A stretch of DNA of 63,172 bases, filler included. It is 5 parts of 5 records of this genome, joined end to end, with 100 filler letters (N's around TTAATTAATTAA, not from the genome) between each part and the next. Parts side by side here need not be neighbours in the genome. Positions count along the whole stretch, not along the records: positions 57,055 to 63,172 come from SRR31156797_23135; 4 more parts are not named here. The stretch is one strand, 5' to 3'. The position numbers and the translations under genes are program-made. The notes below the pieces were generated by a model. It worked only from the letters and a program-made list of their open reading frames with translations. It did no database searches and was not told the DNA's origin. Below, piece by piece: positions 58,138 to 63,172 of the stretch (its first letter is position 1; every line of letters begins with the position of its first letter).

Positions 58138-58887
58138 ATGGACATTGACAGGATTAAAGAAGTGTTGGAGAAAGTCCGGTCCGGCGCGGCCGGCGTGGAT
58201 GAGGCGCTGGATCAATTTAAGAATCTGCCTTATGAAGATGTCGGCCTGGCCACCGTGGACCACCACAGGGCGTTGCGCCAGGGGTTTCCCGAAGTAATAT
58301 ACGGACAGGGTAAAACCGAATCGGAAATTATAACCATTATGGACCGGATGATAAATGCGGGTGATAACGTTCTTGTCACCAGGCTGGACGACCATGCCGC
58401 GAAAAGCATAGTGGAAAGATTTCCGGAAGCGGAATACAATGACCGCGCCCGCTGCCTGACATTTATGGTCAATCCTGTAAAAATAAAAGGCAGAGGAAAA
58501 ATCCTGGTCATCTCCGCCGGCACAAGCGACCGCCCGGTGGCTGAAGAAGCCCTGTTAACCGCCCGTTTTTTAGGCAATGAAGCAGATCATATGGCCGACG
58601 TGGGCGTTGCGGGTCTGCACAGGCTGCTTAACCAGAGCAGCCGCCTGGCTGAAGCAGCCGTTTTTATTGTTGTGGCTGGAATGGAAGGCGCCTTGCCCAG
58701 TGTTGTCGGCGGGTTGGTGGACAAACCCGTAATCGCCGTACCCACCAGCGTCGGTTACGGAGCCAGCTTCAATGGACTGACCGCTTTGCTGGCCATGCTG
58801 AATTCCTGCGCCTCGGGCGTTTCCGTAGTCAACATAGACAACGGGTTCGGCGCCGCTTACGTGGCTTCATTGATAAACAAGCCATAA
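58138..58887 (+). CDS. larB: Nickel pincer cofactor biosynthesis protein LarB (PurE-like)
   Basis: DHHRALRQGFPEVIYGQGKT, AGTSDRPVAEEA, DVGVAGLHRL, AGMEGALPSVVGG, PTSVGYG, VNIDNGFGAA. Confidence 0.92.
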   Translation: MDIDRIKEVLEKVRSGAAGVDEALDQFKNLPYEDVGLATVDHHRALRQGFPEVIYGQGKTESEIITIMDRMINAGDNVLVTRLDDHAAKSIVERFPEAEYNDRARCLTFMVNPVKIKGRGKILVISAGTSDRPVAEEALLTARFLGNEADHMADVGVAGLHRLLNQSSRLAEAAVFIVVAGMEGALPSVVGGLVDKPVIAVPTSVGYGASFNGLTALLAMLNSCASGVSVVNIDNGFGAAYVASLINKP

Positions 58888-58910
58888 GCCCTGAAAAGGC
58901 CCGTGTCAGT

Positions 58911-59672
58911 ATGCAGATAATTGCGGACAACCTGCAGCCCCTGAGCAGATCGGTCGCGACCGCCCTGGAAAAACTCGATCCACGCCCGCTTCAGGACATC
59001 GCCTTAAAATGTGAAAAAGCGGGCGCGCGCCTACTGGATATCAATCCGGGATATTTATCAAAGAAAAACCATCACCGAATGACCTTTATGGTTGAAGCGG
59101 TTCAGGAAGCAACCGACTTAAGGTTGGTTCTGGACAGCCCGGACCCGGAAATATTGGCCCAGGGCCTTGCCGTATGTAAAAAGCCGCCCATAATCAATGC
59201 TCTTTCCATGGACCCAAAAAGAATAGACCGCATATTGCCCTTGGCCCTGGAATCGGGCGCATACCTGGTAATTTTAATTATGGATGAAAGGTCGGTTTCA
59301 CCTGTTATGCTGGATGAAAAAATGGCCTTGGCCATTGAACTCAGAGAAATCTGCCTGGCTGCCGGCATGCCGCACGACAGGTTGATATTTGATCCGGTCG
59401 TACCGACCTTGCAAGGACCGGATGCTTTTTCTCATGTCGGGCAGGCGGTCGAATTCATAAGGCTCCTTTCCGCCGGCGCGGTTTTCGGAGAAAGCGCAAA
59501 AACCATGATCGGCCTGTCCAACCTTCGAAGCGGGCAAAGAGAATTGCTGCCGGCCCGCCTTGACGAAGTTTGCCTGTCAATGTCGGCCGGCGCGGGTTTG
59601 GCATATGCTCTGATAAATGTATTTCAAGATCAAAACATGTTGACCGCCGGAACAATCAACCAGTTTAAATAG
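58911..59672 (+). CDS. Pterin-binding (dihydropteroate synthase fold) methyltetrahydrofolate:corrinoid methyltransferase-like protein
   Basis: GARLLDINPG, LVLDSPDPE, IINA, IFDPVV, IGLSNL. Confidence 0.78.
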   Translation: MQIIADNLQPLSRSVATALEKLDPRPLQDIALKCEKAGARLLDINPGYLSKKNHHRMTFMVEAVQEATDLRLVLDSPDPEILAQGLAVCKKPPIINALSMDPKRIDRILPLALESGAYLVILIMDERSVSPVMLDEKMALAIELREICLAAGMPHDRLIFDPVVPTLQGPDAFSHVGQAVEFIRLLSAGAVFGESAKTMIGLSNLRSGQRELLPARLDEVCLSMSAGAGLAYALINVFQDQNMLTAGTINQFK

Positions 59673-59737
59673 CCGGAAATAGTAAATGCGGTTTTCCGCC
59701 GATATCATTTCTTTTGTTGAAAAATTAAGGAGGAGTC

Positions 59738-60433
59738 ATGTCAGCAGCAGGTTTTTCAGGGTTCCCCAAACAATGCGTTTCTTTTTTTCAAGAACTTGAT
59801 CAGAACAACAACAAGGAATGGTTTGACCTGCACCGCCAGGATTATGAGGATTTCGTTCAGACTCCGGCAAAGGAATTTGTTCTGGCCCTGGGTGAAAGGC
59901 TCAGAAAAATTCGCCCCGAAATTCAGGCCGACCCACGCGTCAATAAATCATTATTTCGGATTAACAGGGATGTCAGGTTCAGCAAGGACAAGTCGCCTTA
60001 CAAAACCAACATGGGTTTATGGTTCTGGGAAGGCATGGGAAAGCGGATGGAATGTCCCGGGTTTTATTTTCACTTTGAACCATCAAGGCTGATGCTGGGC
60101 TGTGGCTTTTACATGTTTTCCAAGGAAACCCTTTCAGTATACCGCGATGCGGTTGTGGATCCCAAACTGGGACCGGCCCTGGCAAAAGCCATTGACAAGT
60201 TGAATAAAAATGGCTTTTCCACGGGCGGAGAACATTATAAGAAGACGCCCAGGGGGTACGACCCGCAGCATAAAAACGCCCGGTTGCTGTTACATAACGG
60301 ACTTCATTGTGCAAATGAATCGACAATTCCAAAAGAGTTTTTCACGCCTGAAATAGTCAATTATTGCGCGGAGCGATATAAGAAAATGCTGCCGCTCCAC
60401 GAATGGCTTTTAAAAATGATGGAAAGGGTATGA
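59738..60433 (+). CDS. DUF2461 (TIGR02453) family protein
   Basis: NNNKEWF, FRINRDVRFSKDKSPYKTN, PGFYFH, KKTPRGY. Confidence 0.9.
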   Translation: MSAAGFSGFPKQCVSFFQELDQNNNKEWFDLHRQDYEDFVQTPAKEFVLALGERLRKIRPEIQADPRVNKSLFRINRDVRFSKDKSPYKTNMGLWFWEGMGKRMECPGFYFHFEPSRLMLGCGFYMFSKETLSVYRDAVVDPKLGPALAKAIDKLNKNGFSTGGEHYKKTPRGYDPQHKNARLLLHNGLHCANESTIPKEFFTPEIVNYCAERYKKMLPLHEWLLKMMERV

Positions 60434-60517
60434 GGTCTTATTCCGAAACCTGACATGCTTTAACCGGGCGCCTGGACATGCCCGGCCGGGTTACTCCGTT
60501 GAATAATCAATGATATT

Positions 60518-60547
60518 GTTGGGTTGCGCTGCGTTAACCCAACCTAC
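60518..60547 (-). repeat. GTAG-family REP element (single copy in this window)
   Basis: Minus strand reads GTAG-GTTGGGTT-AACGCAGCGC-AACCCAAC: GTAG tetranucleotide followed by a perfect 8-bp hairpin. Confidence 0.7.
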
Positions 60548-60782
60548 ATTATTTGCCGTTTTGTTTGCCTTCATGAAAACCATCTCAAAATAAATACTTA
60601 TTTCCTCTTAATAGGTATTCTAATATACAGTAGAATTTACGCATCACTTCAAACCCGCCGGCATATGGGTGCGCTTCGGTTACGATTTCTGTTGTTTTAA
60701 ATAAAAAGCGGATATACACTTGCCGACTTGATCCGGAACTAATGGATTGGTAAAAGGCGCGTCGGATCCGTAGAGATGTGTA

Positions 60783-62192
60783 ATGAAGAGCATTGATAAA
60801 ATAAAAAAAAGATGGTCGGCCCAAGGGGGTTACCGCGAGTTTTTGATTATGGCCTTCCCGCTGATACTGAGTACGGCGGCCTGGTCAATTCAGCATTTTG
60901 TGGACAGGGTTTTTCTGACCTGGCATTCTCCGGAAGCCATTGCCGCGGCCTTGCCCGCCGGCTTGCTGAATTTTGCCCTGATCAGCGTATTCATGGGTGC
61001 GGCTACCTATGCCAGTACATTCGTAGCTCAATACTACGGGGCTGAAAGGTATCATCGTATAGGTCCGGCGGTTTGGCAGGGGCTATATATCTCATTGATA
61101 GGCGGCATTGCAATCGCTGCCGTAATACCATTCGCCAAAGATATATTCGGATTCTTCGGCCATGATCCCGTAGTCCAGAAACTCGAAGTAGAATATTTCC
61201 AGGTGCTTTGCATCGGAGCCGGACCCGTTATCGCTTCATCGGCCCTTTCCGGCTTTTACTCGGGCCGCGGCAAGCCCTGGTTGGTCATGGTCATCAACAT
61301 GTTGACGACAGGGGTTAACCTGGTCCTTGATTATGCATTGATATTCGGCAACTGGGGCTTTCCCGAAATGGGCATCCGGGGCGCGGCCCTGGCCACTGTA
61401 ATAGCGGCCCTTTTTTCGTTCACGTCATTTATGGCCATAACCTGTTCGCCGGGTTATAATAAAAAATACAAAACCCTGAGCGGTTGGCGCCCCGACAAGG
61501 AATTATTCCATCGTTTGCTGCGTTACGGCGCCCCGGCAGGCATTCAGTTTTTCCTGGATATTATCAGTTTTTCGCTGTTCGTTCTTTTTGTCGGCAAATT
61601 GGGAACGGTCAGCCTGGCGGCGACCAATATTGCTTTCAACATAAATTCTCTGGCCTTCATGCCCATGCTCGGCTCGGGTATCGCCATAAGCGTGCTGGTG
61701 GGTCAGCATCTGGGAGCTGACAAGCCTCATCTTGCTGAAAAAACGGTCTATTCGGGCTTTCATGTGACCCTTCTTTACATGTCGCTCATTTCCGCGGCAT
61801 ACGTTTTAACTCCCGGCATCTTTATCGCGCCTTTCGCCGCCCAATCCGATCCTGAAACATTTGCCGAAATCGGGGCGTTGGCAGTAATTTTACTCAGGTT
61901 TGTGGCTGTATTCGGGATTTTCGACACCCTTAACATAGTCTTTGCAGCGGGCATCAAAGGCGCAGGCGACACCAGGTTTGTCATGTTCAGCATGTTTGTT
62001 TTCGCGGTGATCGGAATGGCTATTCCTACATACGTTGCTATTAACTACCTGGGATACGGCCTCATGGCTTCATGGGTTATTGTAACGACAAGTGTTTCCC
62101 TTTTGGGGTTTACGTTTTTAATCCGGTTTCTTGGAGGCCGCTGGAAATCCATGCGAGTTATCGAGCAGTCGGATGCATTAACGATGGTTTAA
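60783..62192 (+). CDS. MATE family efflux transporter
   Basis: 12-TM pattern, FVDRVF, FVAQYYGA, PEMGIRGAALAT, LVGQHLGA, KGAGDT. Confidence 0.92.
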   Translation: MKSIDKIKKRWSAQGGYREFLIMAFPLILSTAAWSIQHFVDRVFLTWHSPEAIAAALPAGLLNFALISVFMGAATYASTFVAQYYGAERYHRIGPAVWQGLYISLIGGIAIAAVIPFAKDIFGFFGHDPVVQKLEVEYFQVLCIGAGPVIASSALSGFYSGRGKPWLVMVINMLTTGVNLVLDYALIFGNWGFPEMGIRGAALATVIAALFSFTSFMAITCSPGYNKKYKTLSGWRPDKELFHRLLRYGAPAGIQFFLDIISFSLFVLFVGKLGTVSLAATNIAFNINSLAFMPMLGSGIAISVLVGQHLGADKPHLAEKTVYSGFHVTLLYMSLISAAYVLTPGIFIAPFAAQSDPETFAEIGALAVILLRFVAVFGIFDTLNIVFAAGIKGAGDTRFVMFSMFVFAVIGMAIPTYVAINYLGYGLMASWVIVTTSVSLLGFTFLIRFLGGRWKSMRVIEQSDALTMV

Positions 62193-62211
62193 CCGAAAAC
62201 ATGAACCTTGG

Positions 62212-62240
62212 TTGTACATTAAGATACATTGATATATAAT
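62212..62240 (+). promoter_or_regulatory. Sigma70-type promoter for tex
   Basis: TTGTAC (62212)-N17-TATAAT (62235). Confidence 0.55.
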
Positions 62241-62312
62241 TGAATATGACGCCTCCGGCGCGAGTCAAGCCCGCCGGATGTCGCCATATTATTTCATGGG
62301 TTAGGAGTATTA

Positions 62313-63172
62313 ATGGATCAGAATCACATTAATAAAATAGCAGAAGAACTGAATCTGGCGGCGGGGCAAGTGGCGGCCGCGGCTGAGTTGCTCGAAGCCG
62401 ACGCCACTGTCCCCTTTATAGCCAGGTATCGCAAGGAAGCCACCGGTTCCCTTGATGAAGTGGCCATAACGGAAATACGGGACCGGCTGGCCCAATTGAA
62501 AGAATTGGACAAACGTCGGGAAAGCATTCTCAAATCCCTGGAGGAAAGAGAACTGCTGACGGACGAATTAAAGGAAAAGATAGACGCGGCCGAAACAATG
62601 GCCGTGCTGGAAGACATATATTTGCCCTTCAGGCCGAAGCGAAGAACCAGGGCGACAATTGCCCGGGAAAAGGGCCTGGAGCCGTTAGCCGCGATTCTCT
62701 TTGACCAGGATCAAAGCACTGTTCCTGAAGAAGAAGCGTCGGCTTTCCTTGATTCCGAAAAAGGCGTGGAAACGGAAAAAGACGCATTGGACGGCGCACG
62801 GGATATAATTGCCGAATGGGTTAATGAAGACCAGGAAGCCAGGGCCAAAATGCGTATGCTGTTTGAAAATGAGGCGAGCATTCAGTCCAGGGTGATAACG
62901 GGCAAAGAGGAAGAAGGCGCCAAGTTCAGAGATTATTTTGAATGGGAGGAATCCGTGAAAAACGCTCCCTCTCACCGGATATTGGCCATGAGAAGGGGCG
63001 AAACCGAGGGATTTCTTTACTTGAGATTCAGGCCTTCGGATGAAAAAGCGCTGGCAATTTTGGAAGAGATGTTTGTCCAGAACGAGTCAGCGGCGGCCAT
63101 GCAGGTAAAAGAGGCGGTTATAGATTGTTACAATCGCCTGCTTTCCCTTTCCATGGAAACGGAAATGCGCCT
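62313..63172 (+). CDS. tex: Tex family RNA-binding transcription accessory protein (3' truncated at window end)
   Basis: Manual translation MDQNHINKIAEEL...ATVPFIARYRKEATGSLDEV...LEDIYLPFRPKRRTRATIAREKGLEPLA...PSHRILAMRRGE; AGGAG RBS; missing from the ORF track because it has no stop. Confidence 0.93.
   Translation, partial: MDQNHINKIAEELNLAAGQVAAAAELLEADATVPFIARYRKEATGSLDEVAITEIRDRLAQLKELDKRRESILKSLEERELLTDELKEKIDAAETMAVLEDIYLPFRPKRRTRATIAREKGLEPLAAILFDQDQSTVPEEEASAFLDSEKGVETEKDALDGARDIIAEWVNEDQEARAKMRMLFENEASIQSRVITGKEEEGAKFRDYFEWEESVKNAPSHRILAMRRGETEGFLYLRFRPSDEKALAILEEMFVQNESAAAMQVKEAVIDCYNRLLSLSMETEMR

Noticed and set aside
60585-60824. 79-aa minus-strand ORF between DUF2461 and MATE
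   Set aside because: Overlaps the MATE start, has no motif or clear RBS, and is likely non-coding
1-63172. CRISPR arrays, tRNA/rRNA genes, transposases, integrases
   Set aside because: No regularly spaced repeat-spacer pattern, cloverleaf or rRNA signature, or DDE/tyrosine-recombinase ORF was recognised by eye; a tRNAscan/Infernal run would be needed to exclude small RNAs

Overview
This window is not one locus. It is five unrelated contigs joined by an artificial 100-nt spacer (44 N + TTAATTAATTAA + 44 N) at 15513-15612, 40289-40388, 50097-50196 and 56955-57054. Taxonomy below is inferred from gene content and composition. (1) 1-15512, a Methanosarcinaceae-like methanogen: methanogenesis marker 14, thioredoxin, an Mrr nuclease fused to tandem PH-like domains, copZ-copA, a radical SAM protein and a YHS-FrhB fusion. 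It also carries an AT-rich island encoding a P-loop ATPase-TIR fusion plus a membrane-anchored partner, flanked by a decayed fae gene and an apparently 5'-truncated transglutaminase gene. (2) 15613-40288, an AT-rich Campylobacterota (Arcobacter/Sulfurimonas-like) contig: dense amino-acid import/export genes (aapJQMP, livKHMGF, 2x LysE, AzlCD, EamA), two AraC regulators, a MazF/RHH toxin-antitoxin pair and two binding-protein + histidine-kinase pairs. (3) 40389-50096, an FCB/Marinimicrobia-like contig: dnaN, recF, cdsA and an orphan GlmL-type ASKHA ATPase operon with an uncharacterised partner, a transglutaminase lipoprotein and a PrsA-like foldase. (4) 50197-56954, a GC-rich spirochaete-like contig: Rrf2, a PTS-EIIA-diadenylate cyclase fusion, DUF2023-flavodoxin, sua5 and a histidine kinase. 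(5) 57055-63172, a deltaproteobacterial-like contig: ychF, larB, a pterin-binding methyltransferase, DUF2461, a GTAG-type REP, a MATE pump and tex. The best candidates for undescribed systems are the archaeal ATPase-TIR + TM two-gene module (putative antiviral defence), the orphan GlmL operon and the EIIA-DAC fusion. No rRNA, tRNA, CRISPR array or transposase was recognised. All family calls come from motif recognition by eye, not database searches.
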